Assembly: GCF_000150275.1 (NCBI RefSeq)
Contig: NW_002060943.1
Span: 8,192,066 to 8,256,065 of the forward strand
Direction of reading: 5' to 3'
Length of the DNA: 64,000 bases
Origin: Trichoplax adhaerens
Taxonomy: Eukaryota > Animalia > Placozoa
Below, in pieces: positions 1-13,949 of the stretch. The translations under genes were made by a program, and so were the position numbers. The notes beneath the pieces were generated by a model. The model was not told the origin of the DNA. It saw only the letters and a program-made list of their open reading frames with translations, and ran no database searches. Numbering within the stretch: position 1 is the first letter of the stretch; every line of letters begins with the position of its first letter.

Positions 1-276
1 ATTTATATCGTTAACGTGCTGTAGTAATTAGATACAAACTCGTTCATTTCATTTGGAACTATCTCGCGATTGATATGCTTTTTACACGGTTATCTATTCC
101 AGAGGGCAAAGAGCAAATAAACCAGAGCGACGTTGACAACATTATTTAAAACTTTTAAAGAAGCATTCCAATTTTAATTTTTATCTTAAGATTAAGCAGT
201 GTTATTGCTGTCCTGGACAATATATATTTTATGTCTATTCAAAATTAATCTATACGTACCTTACTAAATTGCCATC

Positions 277-2723
277 ATGTCTGATGAAGGAGATATTGGT
301 ATCCAATTAAATAGTTCATTGCACGAACTAGACCATAAAGTGCAAAAGGTAATAGAGGAAAATCAAGGTATACTTCAAAACCTCAATGTCATGATGAATA
401 ATAAAGAAATCTCGCGGCTACATCAACAACTGAAAACCGCTGTTAGTAGTAGTTCTGGCCTACTAGAAGCTTTACAACCCGTCTCGGATATTGTACAAAA
501 ATATGAACGAGAGGTTAGTAGAAAATTGACGACGTTGGATTATCCTCAAGATCTTACTGAGGCTAGGAGACGGCTTGATCAAGAAAGGGAAGAATGGGAA
601 AAGGAAGTCGAAATTCAAAGAAAGGAACTTAAGAATGCCTATCGAGAAGTTGAAGAAGCTAGGAGCAGCATTAATACTATAGGACGTGAGTTAGCAGCAC
701 AAAGAATTGCGTTAGAGGAAGAAAGGTTATCTAAAATCAACGGTAAGATATTGATTTATGATAATTTTGTCATACAGTAATTTGCGAAACTTAGCCATAA
801 TAAGCCAGACTGATAGATAATAATATACTATGGTAGTTGTACCTTATATTATGCTATTGTGTATAGCGAATAGTAGGGTAACAATTAGTCATGCTAAAAC
901 ATTATAATCATTAAAATGGTAAAAATTAAATGCCTTTCAATTTCTTTCCTTAATATTAATATTTCTATTTAAAAAATTATATATAGGAACGATTCAGATA
1001 TTACGAGAAAGTGATAGTGAAAAATTGCAATATCATTTGAAGCAACAAATGCTTAAAAATGTTAAGTTAGAAAAAGAAAAGATTAAAGTGGATTTTAAAC
1101 TGCAAGAAAAAATTGAAGCTTTAAAAATAGCAAATGTAACGATACAAAGATTGGATTCTGAAGTGATTCAATCTAGAGAAAGTACAGAGAAAATTGTAAA
1201 ACAATTTGAAAGGCAAACTGTTGAGGGTAATCACATACGCTAATTAAATTACTGCACTACGACTACTACTACTTAAATGATCCTTAGCTACTATCGATGT
1301 ACCAGTATTTATCGTGCATATATGAATGTACTCGTTGTTGTTAGCGCTATGGTTAAAGTCATTCTCTAAGTAATCATGCAATTATATCGCACAGTAAATG
1401 TCGGTATAGCCACTTTGTAGAATAATACTTATCTACATCGCTATAAAGATACCCACATTCTTTATCGTAGATTGGTCTTACTTTCTAATATTTATAAATT
1501 TGCCTTCAAAAATTGCTTGCTATAGGTAAATAACGATAAATTTTTGTATTTTATTTTTATTAATTAGCTAATAAACGATTAGCTGAAATGCAGCAAGAGT
1601 TGGAAAAAGCAAAAGAGAGAGCCTTGAGATTTCAAAAAATGCTCAAAAGTGAGAAATTGAAACAGATGGCACTAGAGGTGTGCAGCAATAGCGGAACAGC
1701 TTAATCGCAATTAAAGGCTATACTATACAAAGAATATTACGAGAATTTGTAGTTGATCAAGATAATAGTCTTCTACAAAATTAACTTGCAACCACAGTCA
1801 ATATCGTATTTAACCCAATCTTTATGTAGGCTGCGTTGGAGAAAGAAATACGTCTTAGAGAAGCTAGTATTACAGGACCTGAATTGTCGCCAAGGATGGA
1901 AAAAATGTATATATCTACAGTTAAGGATACTGTAGATCAAATTGCGCCTGTTACTATCCTCGGTACTACTACTGATGCTAATGAAATTAAAAAAAGAAGT
2001 CAGGTTGGCGCATTCTTGTTAATTTTACTTTATACGTACAAACAATTTCATATGAATTTGTCACTCAATATCTACATACATTACCCCTAAATTTATATGT
2101 ATATTGTAGCATTTGTTGTATGATCAAGCCTTCTTGAGAGCAAAATTACGTCAATATGAATTCGAAAATTCTATCCATCTTAAGAAAATAAGAGAAATTA
2201 ATGCCGAAAAAGAACATTTAGAAGTATGATAACTTTAATATTTTTTTGTCTAATGTACGATTAATGAGTGTAACTCAGTAGCTATTTTGATTAGGATAAT
2301 TGGTAGCGAGCAAAAAATTAATTCTGGTAGCTAAAGTTCATTATTTTATTGATCTAGGCTCAATTAGTTATAATGCATGATGGTCGGTTAGAATTAAAGA
2401 AGAAGTTTGAAAAATTAGCAAATGAGGTAAGGCACAAATCAAACATGAGCAAGTCATATTAGTATTAGTGTAGTCTATTTCGACTTAGGTATAAGTTTTT
2501 AATCATGATTAATTTACGTTTACGATATACGAGTAATGAGATTCTTGTCGATTATTTTGTATAGCATCGACGCTTATTATCTACTGTAAGTCGTCAGAGA
2601 ACTGATTGGTTTCAGAAACATCGTCAAGAACAACAACAGATTGAGGAAGCTAAATGGTCTAAAATTGGACCCATGCCACTAATTAATAGTCGCTTACGAA
2701 CACAGTTTTCATCTGAACGTTGA
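277..2723 (+). CDS. Multi-exon coiled-coil protein of unknown function
   Basis: E/K/Q/R-rich heptad ORFs joined by GT-AG introns (exons approx. 277-742, 988-1227, 1568-1678, 1830-2003, 2110-2223, 2358-2426, 2564-2723); ends ...KIGPMPLINSRLRTQFSSER*. Family not recognised. Confidence 0.7.
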
Positions 2724-5700
2724 TATTTTATGACGTGATATGACGTTAACTTTGCAAATGGATACGGTGCATCTTATAATAAGGATCAGCTCTGGTAAAT
2801 AATTTCTAGAATAGAAATTATTCTAGTTATATTCTAGGCCCTCATTTTATAATTTTATAAATGGATATAATCTATTCATCAAATAAGCGCCCAAATGTTT
2901 ATCATAACAGTTATTTTATAATAGTATCGAAATTACGTTATAACAGTTTGTCATCGATAAAATTTATAATGCGACAGGTAGTGCTTTGTTTGTTTATTTT
3001 TTTCTATAAACATTTTAAGTATAGTGTAGGAGTTGATCTATTTTCTTAAGACTAAATTATTCCAAAGTACGTTTAATTCGACAATAAGAATAAGTAGCTA
3101 TTACTATTGAAATGTTCTGATTTGAAATATTTGTTAAAGTGTTCTTTTAATATTTTTTGTATATGTATATATATTGTTACGGATATATTTTGATATGCTG
3201 AGATGTCGATGCATGCGATAAATCTGTACTCATATAATTAGCATCGAGAAAACAAGACATAATTTATTGTATTTTCGTCTTCAATCTCTAAAATAATCGC
3301 GGAATTTAATGGATAATGTAGATTATGTAATAGTAAATGTCGCTTTAGATTCGATTTTAATATTCTAATAGTGACTGACGTCGTTTAAATCGATTTCTGT
3401 CACGAAATTAAAAGTTGTCGATTAATAAGGAAGCTTATCAGCGAGCCAAAACATTACTTAAAGCTTGCTTAGCTTAATAGCAGCTATTCTTATTTGTTAC
3501 ATTCTTTATGTGGCGGTATAGCGCCAAAGATTGCTATTTTCAGTATCATAATTTTATCAACTTAAAATTCCTTGCTAATATACCGTAATGGCTATTTAAT
3601 AGGCACAATTTTTAACATAAGTATGTTATTTAACTCGGACGGTGCCATGATGGGACAACTGAAATAAATCGATGATATATTAAATTAAGCTTCATCACAC
3701 TGAATGTGTCTAGTCGCTCTCATTAAAATTAAAATGTAATGCTAAATCTTGCCTAATTATTTATCTTCTAGATAACTTATTTTTCCAGAACTGAAAAATA
3801 GTTTCGTCGATATATGATACAAATGCAGGCTTTTAATGTATAAAGGTTTATGGAAAGTTACACTGTGATTTCATACAATTTTCATTTGTGATAAATGAGA
3901 TTTCGTATACGTTACGAAGCTCACTCCATATGTTAATACGCTGTAAATATTAACACATCATAAGATTTCAAAGATTTATTAGGTTACAACAAATTATATT
4001 ATACCGAGAAAAATAAGCCCTAGCACCTGTGTGCCCTAAGTAAAGCTATAGAACTATATAAAGGATTCGATCTAATTCTTTTACATAAAGTTTCAATTAT
4101 TTTATGGAGTACAGTACACTATGCTAATTCGTAATCTGGTTCAATAAAGGTCTTAACTGTAAACGCTATCATTTGTCTATTATAAACAGTAAATACAGGA
4201 ATGAGTTTATTTCCTTTACTGCAGATCTCTGGGAGTTAAACAGAGATCAACTTAGAGTAGATAGTAAAGTTTTGATCCGATCACGAAGACTACTTTGTGA
4301 AAATATAGTACTTTTCGTCTTAGATTGATCTTGAGTTAGCGAGTATATTACGGAGATTTATAATATACTTATGCATAGTACCATATAATGTATGTCAGTA
4401 TTTACACATAACATTTATGAATAAGTATTCTTAATCAATTTCTTTAGATTATATTGCATTATTTTTGAGGTTTGCAGCACTCTCCTGTTGCAATAATCAA
4501 TCAGCAGAGGGTTATTTAGATAGACCGTTTGATACCGTCGTCTACAGTAGCTATTGCATATAAAAATTTATAGCATGACAAACTATTCATAATTTATTCA
4601 TACAGCACTATTCTACTAATTCATCAAATTAAAAACTATAGTACTGCAATATTATAAAATCCTCAGTCTATTTAAAGCTTTTAATATAAAGCATTTTCAA
4701 AAGCTGTTTTGCAGATTATCGACAGCTTAGTAATATACATTTATGTTTAGTACATGTACAAAAGAGTATATTGTATGAGATTACTGAACGTGTCATAGTT
4801 GATCTAAATCTAATAGATCGTTTATTGCCCATCAAAAACCCTTTCAATTAGGGTCACTGATGATAGTGCTTCCCGATACTGATTCTACGGGTATATCGAT
4901 TTGTTTCTTATCATAACTTTACCATCTCATTTTAACTGTGCCCATCTGCTTACAAAAATTAATAAATATCAAGGATCTTATAATCCTTTATACCATACCG
5001 TATACAGTTAAGAATCTTAATGGTCACATAAACCATTAAGTAGCCAAAGATTTTTAAGAATAAAAGTTAATCGATTTGGAGTAAAAAGGTCAACATAAAA
5101 TCTTTCAAAGTTTTCAACCTTGTTATATTTAATCTCTTTCTTTTTATTACTTGTATCCTGACATGATGACTTCATAATAGTGCCAATTTAATATTATAGA
5201 TTTTTTTAAGGGTTTTCTCACAAGATATCATCATGACTCAAGCACAATCGCTTCTATTAATATACTATTACATTACAATTGATTAACTACCGTTACTTGT
5301 GTAATACTCGTACAGTAAAAATAGCTAGCTAAAAGAGTCTGGATCTGATAATTTTCAACAATTATGCAGATTGTAGATAAGAATTCCTGTATATCTTAAT
5401 ATTTAAAATTATTAATTGCATGAAATCATTTGCTAAAGAACATAAATATAAATTAAAATTATGTCATATCTATTGATAACAGATATTTCAGTTTATTAGT
5501 AAGGATTTAAAATCATATTTCAATACACAGATATTGACGTTGATATTGATTGTAGAATGTGATTAATAGAATTCTACCTGCGTAAATTATTTAAAAGCAG
5601 CTGGTAAAAGCGTTTCATAATAATGATTATAATTCAGAATAAATGATATCTTAATAAATTATACAGTTGAGGTCGTGGTTTATGACCTCTAAAAATATGT

Positions 5701-7548
5701 TTAGATCAAAAAGAAATTGGCAGTATTTCGAAAATGTTTTACTTAATTTTAAAATTATTCTCGTGCCCTAAGACCGAAGTATTTTGATTAAGAAATTTTT
5801 ATTACAGTTACAGCTATAAATATATTATCTATAACCTATTTGCTATTTATAAAATTTGCAGTGTGGTAATAATCAGCAGCTCTCATTCTATCCTTAACGC
5901 GTCTACGCGAAGGATACTTGGTGTATAATTTAATAGCCTAATTGTATTAAAAATAGTTGTGTATTCCGGCTTTAAAGGTATATAAGCTTCTACAAAGTAC
6001 GAGTCAATAATCTATTTCAGTATCACTATATGTATTTTAAAATAAACATAGATATAGCCCTTTACAATGAAACATTCCACTAAAGTTGAATAATTAGAAT
6101 TATTATGCATAACATCTGCATGAATTGGAGCTTAGAACTCCAATATGCTGAATTATATGAAGTGGAGTGATAACTTGAGTCCTGGTTAATTATAATTATC
6201 ATAGATATCAAATATGCGGTATTTGGCTATTTATTTGCGATTGAAACCTTATTTACTGACGTATAATTAAGATTATACATTGTTTTTCCCGCATAATTAT
6301 AATATATAGTGTTCTAAGTAGATCTATTGACTATCGCTTTTGTTTATCTCGCAATTTCCAATTTCTCTTTGCAATAGCACTCTTATGGTAGACTGTTAAA
6401 ATTTTTGACCCGTAATTTAAATCGCTAGTAGAAAACAAAGCAATAACTTTGAAATTTTTAAGATGAGTATAGTGATGCAGATGATATATGCCATAAAAAA
6501 TTTTAGAGAATTTAAAAACCAATTGTATACTATTAATAAACGAAACTAGACTTAAAAGTTATCTCGTTCAACATTTGACTGGGACAAGTAATTATCCTGT
6601 TGCTTAGAAACTCTTTTAATGAAATTGAATCAAAAATAGATGGAGTTATTGCTAAAATAACTGAAATGGATGAATAAGAAAATATAGCCAAACTTCACTA
6701 ATTTCAGAAAGATAATTTATTATATGGGGATTAATTCATAATTATCGAAAACAGATTTAATGTATCAAGGCCAAGGAATTTCTGCAATTTTTATACTATT
6801 TTCACCTAATTGATGAACTTTAATTTCATTTATAAGAGTTATTAGTCGTCCACTGTTATGGTACTATAGTGTAAGTCTGTAACATCTTTCTTGATAATCC
6901 CACATTATCTAAAAAATTTAATGCCTAAACTACATGAAACTTCAGCAGTAGTAAATAATAAAGAATGCTACAAATTTAGTATTAATAAAGTAATTATGTG
7001 CAAACTGTTCGTATCTTTGTCATGTAAGAATAATACAGTTACTTTCCAAGCCTTTAAAATGATTCAAGTATTAATGATTCATAACCTCTATGATATGTAA
7101 TTAATTAATAACAAGTACCTTATTCTAGTGTAGATATTAGCTTAACAGCTGCTATTATACGGTAATTATTAAACATTAGGTAAATTAGATGATGATAAAT
7201 AAGTTTCAATGATAATATTCATTGTATTAATAATAGATTCTAACAGATGTTTTACTTGGTATGTTTCTGTTGAAGGAAATAATCTATGTCATTATATTCC
7301 AATCTCATGGGTTCTACATTAACTGATCGTACTCTAAGAATTTTTAAACTATACGCGTACTTATTGCAACTTTACTCTCTCTATATTTATATTGCATGAT
7401 TGATACCTTTATTGGATATCGAAGTAATATTAACGTCTACATATTTCGAAATGAAGTCAACAAGCACAATTGTAAATCAAAATTAAATGACGATCCTAAT
7501 TATCCTAAAATTAGGATACATTAAATGTTAGTTATTTACGTCAAAATG

Positions 7549-8487
7549 TTATCCTTTAATATCGAATTTAGTTCTTGTTGGCGAAGAAATGGGCACAACG
7601 CGTGTAATTCGTATCTTCGATTTTCTCATGTTACAATGAATCAGTCGAAATAATTCATCCTTCATACTAGTCCGATATTTTAAGCTATAATGAGCATAAA
7701 CTAGGGGCATAGTTGCATGGCCAACATAACCAAAAATACATAATATATTAAAAGGTTCACGAAAAGTATCTGCTAGAGCTACATTGTTATAACTGAATAT
7801 AAATGCCGAAAAGGCACACATAGCTGGTAACCAACTGATTGTTATAATCGCTGCTAATGCTAAAATCATCTGAGTTGTTTTGGTATCAAATCGACGACGG
7901 GCCTGGTTATAATTTCGATATGAGTTAAAGATACGTTGATGTTGATGCAATTTTCGCAATATTCTTAGATAGTATACAATCACGATGCTAGTTGTTATAA
8001 GGTACCAAACAAAATGACAACCTGCAAACCAAATTGCAACTAATTGGCGCAATATCGATATTAATAATGTATAGACAAAAGCTGTTATCCATACAAGTGG
8101 TTTAATTAATGTAATATAACGCCATGTCAGGCGTTTTTTTTTTTGTTGAAAAATGTAAGAGTAATTTTCAAAACTTATAATAGCCAAGTGTAGTAGCGAT
8201 GACATAATGCAGAAAACGATAGTCTCGCTAATGGCTACAATAAGACCTTCATGATTACTATCAAAGACAGAAACGGTGGCAACACTTAATGTTACGCTGC
8301 AAACTAGCATATTGGCTATGGATAATGAAAATATTAAACTATTAGCAGGTGTATGTAATTGTTTCTTATTATGAATTGCCGCGCATAACAGATAATTACA
8401 AACAGTGCCAGCTATACCTACGAGTGGAAATGTTGTAGAGCAAAATATCGTTCCAGCAAGGGTCATATTAGTTCGTAAGAGCACCAT
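7549..8487 (-). CDS. Intronless rhodopsin-family (class A) orphan GPCR, 312 aa
   Basis: Seven hydrophobic segments; N1.50 in TM1, LHTPANSLIFSLSIAN (ICL1/TM2), ENY at the DRY position, W in TM4, YYLRIL at TM5 end, SWLP in TM6, PLVYA and helix 8 YR. Confidence 0.9.
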   Translation of the reverse strand: MVLLRTNMTLAGTIFCSTTFPLVGIAGTVCNYLLCAAIHNKKQLHTPANSLIFSLSIANMLVCSVTLSVATVSVFDSNHEGLIVAISETIVFCIMSSLLHLAIISFENYSYIFQQKKKRLTWRYITLIKPLVWITAFVYTLLISILRQLVAIWFAGCHFVWYLITTSIVIVYYLRILRKLHQHQRIFNSYRNYNQARRRFDTKTTQMILALAAIITISWLPAMCAFSAFIFSYNNVALADTFREPFNILCIFGYVGHATMPLVYAHYSLKYRTSMKDELFRLIHCNMRKSKIRITRVVPISSPTRTKFDIKG

Positions 8488-9205
8488 AATGTTGTGTTCA
8501 ATATTACTTCTATCACGATTAAGTAAAGTTTAATGATTGTAATTAGTTACCAAGAGACAGTCAGCTGAATTTAAGGATTGACGTCAATGACGAGGAAGAG
8601 TTTGTGGAGTTGATAAAAATGACCAAGTTTATAAGCGCTAGATCAGTCTAATACCAAGGCATTCAAAAAGTAAGACTGAAATAATTTATCATGAATGTAA
8701 CAAGAAATTAAAATAGAGACAACGCTAATATCGGTAGCGAGTGAGCTGAATTTATATTTCATAACATTTAATGGCTATAAATCGTATACAAATTGACAAT
8801 AACTAAAACTTTAATGTCTTGCCTGTCGAGGATATTGTAATAAAACGATCTATCATATAGAAACAAACAACGGAATTGAATGATTTCCCCAGTTTTATTA
8901 AGTACTTTTGTATACACAATCTTCGATTGACTTGAAGCCTTGCTTGAATTAGACTTCAGTATCTTTCACGTACTCTTTCAAATAAGTAAAATCTTGTTAA
9001 GATACCCACAAAGTAGATTGCTCTTTACTTCCTTTACTTTCGATTTTAAGTTGATTGATGGCTAATAGATCATAAACTGGTCTGATTTAACTAATCTAAC
9101 TAGAAGAGCATCGTTCATCTGCATAGACGATGAATTATTGCAATTGATTAAACGATAAATGATTAGGAAATTGAATTTAGAACAAATCGTTTTGATTGAT
9201 GCTCA

Positions 9206-10430
9206 ATGGCCAAAATTGAATTAAACCATCATGTAAATGTGAGAGGAATATCCTTTCTGATTAATATATTCTATACGAGTATTATAAAGTCTCGAATGGG
9301 AGAAATTAATAAAAAATAAAGTCTTGACTTACGGTAGTTTAGATTGTTGTAAAGAAATTATAGGCACGAGATGCTTTTCATCAAATTGGAAAAGATTAAA
9401 ACAGACAAAACTTTATTTTAATTGCTTGAAGTAAAATTGAAGTATTGATGTTATTAACTTCACAGTAACTTGATAAATAAAGTTCTTCTCTGTGATATAT
9501 TTTTACTTCACAGACTACAGTTGTCTAACCAATTGAAATAGATGAATGGCTAGAATATAGATGTCCTTGCTTATTGAAATAAACGATGAATTTAATGATA
9601 TGTGGTGATAGAAAATAGCTTGGATGAAATTCAAGGTTATGATGAGTAAGGATTAACTTTACTTTATATATATATTTTAAATTAAAGCAAGTAGAAATAC
9701 CAGTTTATTCTTCTTGGTTTGCAGTAGTTGAAAATAGAGAGAAGATCATTTAAGTATCGGTTAATTTGGATGAGATAACTGTATCAAATTGGTAGTAACG
9801 AAGAGGTGATAAATCTTTTTATCAAATTCAGTGTATGGGTAGTTGTCAATTAATTTGTAGTAGTTAAATATTGTAAAAAAATGCCTTTTTCGATAACAAT
9901 CTAAATACATATGTACTGCACTTCTTTTCCATAAAAATGTAAGATATATGTTTTATTGGACTACTACGCGTATATAAAAATGATAGATAGAAACAATGTT
10001 TATTTAGATAGAACAATTGAGGCGCATGAGTTAAAACTTGTACTGTAAAGATATGTAAAGGTAAGTTCTTGCTATTGTTAAATACTTTTGCTATTGTTAA
10101 ATAAGATTTGCTATGGAAGCTTGAGATTTTATGATTTGCGAAGGCTTCTTCGTAGTTTAAACGAGGATGTTACTGGTAATAACTTGAAGTTGTTCAATAA
10201 ATGGCATGGAATATTTAATTAGGATATCTATCCCAAAGCATATATTCACTTACAAATAAAATTAATATTAATGAAAGTATTTCTCTATTGGGTGGTAACA
10301 TTGTTTTACTTGTTTTAGTGAACAAGCGATGCTATGAAATCAAAAGTAAAAATCTTCAACGCTGTTGACAACGATATGGACGTATTAAGATTCTTAAAAA
10401 AACCTTTTGAGATGACGTCTATCTCATGCT
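9206..10430 (+). pseudogene. Decayed multi-exon EF-hand (calmodulin/calcineurin-B-like) gene
   Basis: AG/GT-bounded fragments read ARDAFHQIGKD* (~9364), GD.K/SLDE/FKVMM (~9604-9645, with indels), TIEAHELKLVL* (~10012), FYDLRRLLRSLNEDVT (~10127), KIFNAVDNDMD (~10349); several stops and frameshifts. Confidence 0.55.
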
Positions 10431-13400
10431 ATTTCTTCCGTATTGGCATATCTTGAGTAGAATAGTCTCCATTTATTTTTCATCTTTTTTTGCTTATGAT
10501 TAAATACCATGTGGTAGATAAAGGATAGCAGTAAAAATTTTAAAATCTCATTGTTAGGTTATCAAAGGATAGAGGAATGAATAAATAACAGAAAGTTTTA
10601 TTTTACGAAATCTTGCTTGAGATACTCTCTAAAATTTACGTTAAAACTATCCGTTAGATTCCAAACAACGATACAGAAGGTTAAATTTTTTTGTAATCGA
10701 ATAGTGGTATTGCTTTAATCTCTCAATTGGATTACTTCTTGTCTTACATACAGTACATATGATGTATCCAAGTTAAATAAATTGCTGTATTATATTTAAA
10801 GAACATCCTTAGCTTATACTATGATATAAGATATTTAACTTTTCAATTTTATATTAATCAATCGACCCAAAATCTTCTCATAGTAGTAACTAAGTTAGTG
10901 GATCTTTCTGTTATTTTAGAGCGATCATCAATTACCATGAACCTTTATGGTTAGCAATCCTTCAAATTGGTATCAATTGAGTATAAAATCAAGCTAATAT
11001 TATACCTTATGTAGGTGATTTACAGCGGTCTGTGACTAAATATTAAGATATTGCACCGTCAAAGGCCTGTTCAGATAATTTACTAATAGAACATAGGTTC
11101 ATCCATGCGTATGTTATTAACATGGTCGATAGCGTTAAAAATGAGACTCTTAATTAATACTCTCCAAATAGGAAAATAAAGTTCCTTCATGCGAATATGT
11201 AGAATACACACTATGAAGCAGTTTTGCCACTACCCAAGTATACTAATTTATTGCTCAGCAACCACTATGATCAATGAATTATTGTTGTAAATACGGAATA
11301 ATGTCTTCAAAATCTGCCTATTACGACAGATATACTCATTCCTCTCGATGCTGCATGAGTAGCTTATACTTATACAGTTCTGAATAATGAGATAGATCCA
11401 TGACAGTGGAAGAGAAATTAAAGTAAAATAATTAATTATTTTATATTAAGCTCCTAGAAAAAGCTTTAAAGGCGTATATTAAAATAATTATGTTTGCCCA
11501 GATAACTCGTATATGGAAACAACAGTACTTTTATATTATACAGGAGTGATGATGGATAACTTTTACAACTGGATTATCTTCAGTTAACGTTTATAAATTA
11601 TGTGTATGTATAAATGGGTGTATTCCTATTCCTAGTTTTCTCCACAGTGTGTAAAATACACAGTTACGATTTATTTAATGGTGCTGGTGTTATTTTTTAT
11701 ACAAACCTCTACCTAAACTAAATATATAGATTTGGAAGAGAAGCCGAATTAGAAGTTTCTTTCATTATAGAAATAACTTAATACGCTCTTTAGTTATAAT
11801 TTTAGCCCTAGTCACGATAGAATGGATTAAAACTCATTAAAAGTTAAAATTAAAATTATCTCAATGTTAACAGTCTAGTAAGCTGCTTAAGATTACATAT
11901 ACAGTATGAAGCTGTAATTCGTATATACGCATCATGATTATTTAAGTAGAGTGTTACCTATCTACTATTTATTTTCTGGATAAGGATTCGATTAAAACCT
12001 TCAAATAATCCAATGCACTAGTTGATATATAATTCAATCTTTTTCCGATTTTAGGATTTTATTTAGATGGATTTTGACGGACTCAGTCTGCCTGCTACTC
12101 TCTATACTCAGGCTTAAGCCTTACCATTCGCCGACGTTACAGAATTTCTTTACAAAATTTAGAAACAACGATAAATTTACCCGGCGATTAATGATTTTAG
12201 CCTTCTTCCAATTTTGGGGTAAAATACTTGCTTCCTTTTGAAGTAGAGCTGCGGTATATCAGAGAATTGCAAGCTTTTCTCTTGAAAGTCTCCGGGTAAA
12301 CGCTTACAACAAAAAGAGACGGTAAGTGTAATCGTTAAACAACTATTTTACTGTGCTCATTTAGTTATTAGCTAAATTACGCTGTGCTAGAAATGGCGCT
12401 AAAACGTGGCTACATCTCGATAAATTATGTTTATCTGTAGTGATTTTAACTGATCACACAGAGTGGACCTGGGCCCGATGAAGGACACTGTTAAAAGAAT
12501 AAGGTATTTCCTAAACCTGCTTGCCAAGTTTAACGGAACGAATCAACATTTTCAGCGGATAGCTGACATTAGTATTCTGCATCGTTAGCCTTACTTTCTG
12601 ATGTCAAGTTGAGTCTGTAAGGTAGAAAATAAAAAAGTAGCTCTAGTTTGACGAAGAGCGAGGCTAAATAGCGTACACTAGTGCACATTGGACAGTAAGA
12701 ATATTGCTCTTCGTTATTTGTGGCCACTAAGTTGAATGGAAATGGAAATTTTTTTCCTTTTATGTTTTTATGCTTTTAAGTATATAAAATAATTAGTTAA
12801 GGTTTAAAAAACCAAGCGAATATTGATCAGCTGTATTCAATCAATATTCTTATTGCTTTCATGCCCAATATAGCATGTCCATCCATACAATACATTACAG
12901 TAAAGTACCATAGTCTTTACTTTCTATATTTAGAGTCTAATTTTCTTATGCTACTTATTCGTATTATAAATCTTGAAATCTTTTCGTTGATAAATAACAA
13001 GATCTGCAACCACTGTACTGTACTGTACTGTAATTATTCCATCACAACGTGTTATTTTTATCAAAACAATATATTAATTGAATTGATTACCAAACAGATT
13101 AGCTGCAATGCACATACGGTATGTACTAAAAGTCATTTCAACTGTAAAAGCCAACAAAAATCTGTTGTTGATGAATTTGTCAATAGCACTGAAATTAATA
13201 TCTGTAACAGCATTTAGAGTCATAGGTTGTTAGCAAAATGTTATAGACTGTATGTGGTGTAGTTCAGTATGGATTTCAATTAAAGCTGAAATACTGTACG
13301 AGTAGTTATAGTTAATTGGCAAAGCCTTTACGATGTTAAACTTTCAACACTCAGGGATAGTACCGTAACTATTTAGGTAGCTAAAACTAAAATTAAATAT

Positions 13401-13460
13401 TTCCGTGTCGTTATAGTATTCCAGAAATGACACCACATAGTCTGATGGAAAATAATTACA

Positions 13461-13753
13461 ATGGAAGAGTGGAAATATATTGATAATGCTTTGAAGTTCT
13501 ATACAGATTATCGCTGCAGTGACATACCTATAGAAGAGCTGCTAATTGATATGAGGAATGAAAATTTAATATCAGAAAATGATTATGAAGTAATCATTTC
13601 TAACTCTTCTCGGCAAGAATAAAACTTTCTGTGGGATGCTAAAATCTAAGGATCATAAGACAACCTTTATTTCCTTTTGTTAATTATTGTGCATACAATC
13701 GGTTACTGAAACATAATCTTACGGCTGGCACTTCTATTTTGTTGGAACTCAAG
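13461..13753 (+). pseudogene. CARD (death-fold) domain exon relic
   Basis: MEEWKYIDNALKFYTDYRCSDIPIEELLIDMRNENLISENDYEVIISNSSRQE*, then frameshift to GMLKSKDHKTTFISFC*LL; matches the CARD pattern (ll..L....li...dye.I.....r.e....l..L..k....F..F...L); donor-like AAG|GTATAG at ~13754. Confidence 0.6.
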
Positions 13754-13949
13754 GTATAGTGAAGATTAGCCCTTGTATCTGATTTTAAAGTAGGCATATA
13801 GAAATTGTACAGTATAATTTAAAATATTAGAAAGAGTGTGAACTGTTTAAGATAGTTATGGGTACAGCTCTGAGGATGATGATTAAGGAATTAATTGCAA
13901 GCAGTAACATATATTCTAGCCAAACTGTGTAAATGTCAGAACATAAATT

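Noticed and set aside
12861-13217. 118-aa ORF (likewise 59959-60282 and short ORFs at 2861, 6331, 6891)
   Set aside because: No recognisable motifs and AT-biased composition; likely spurious.
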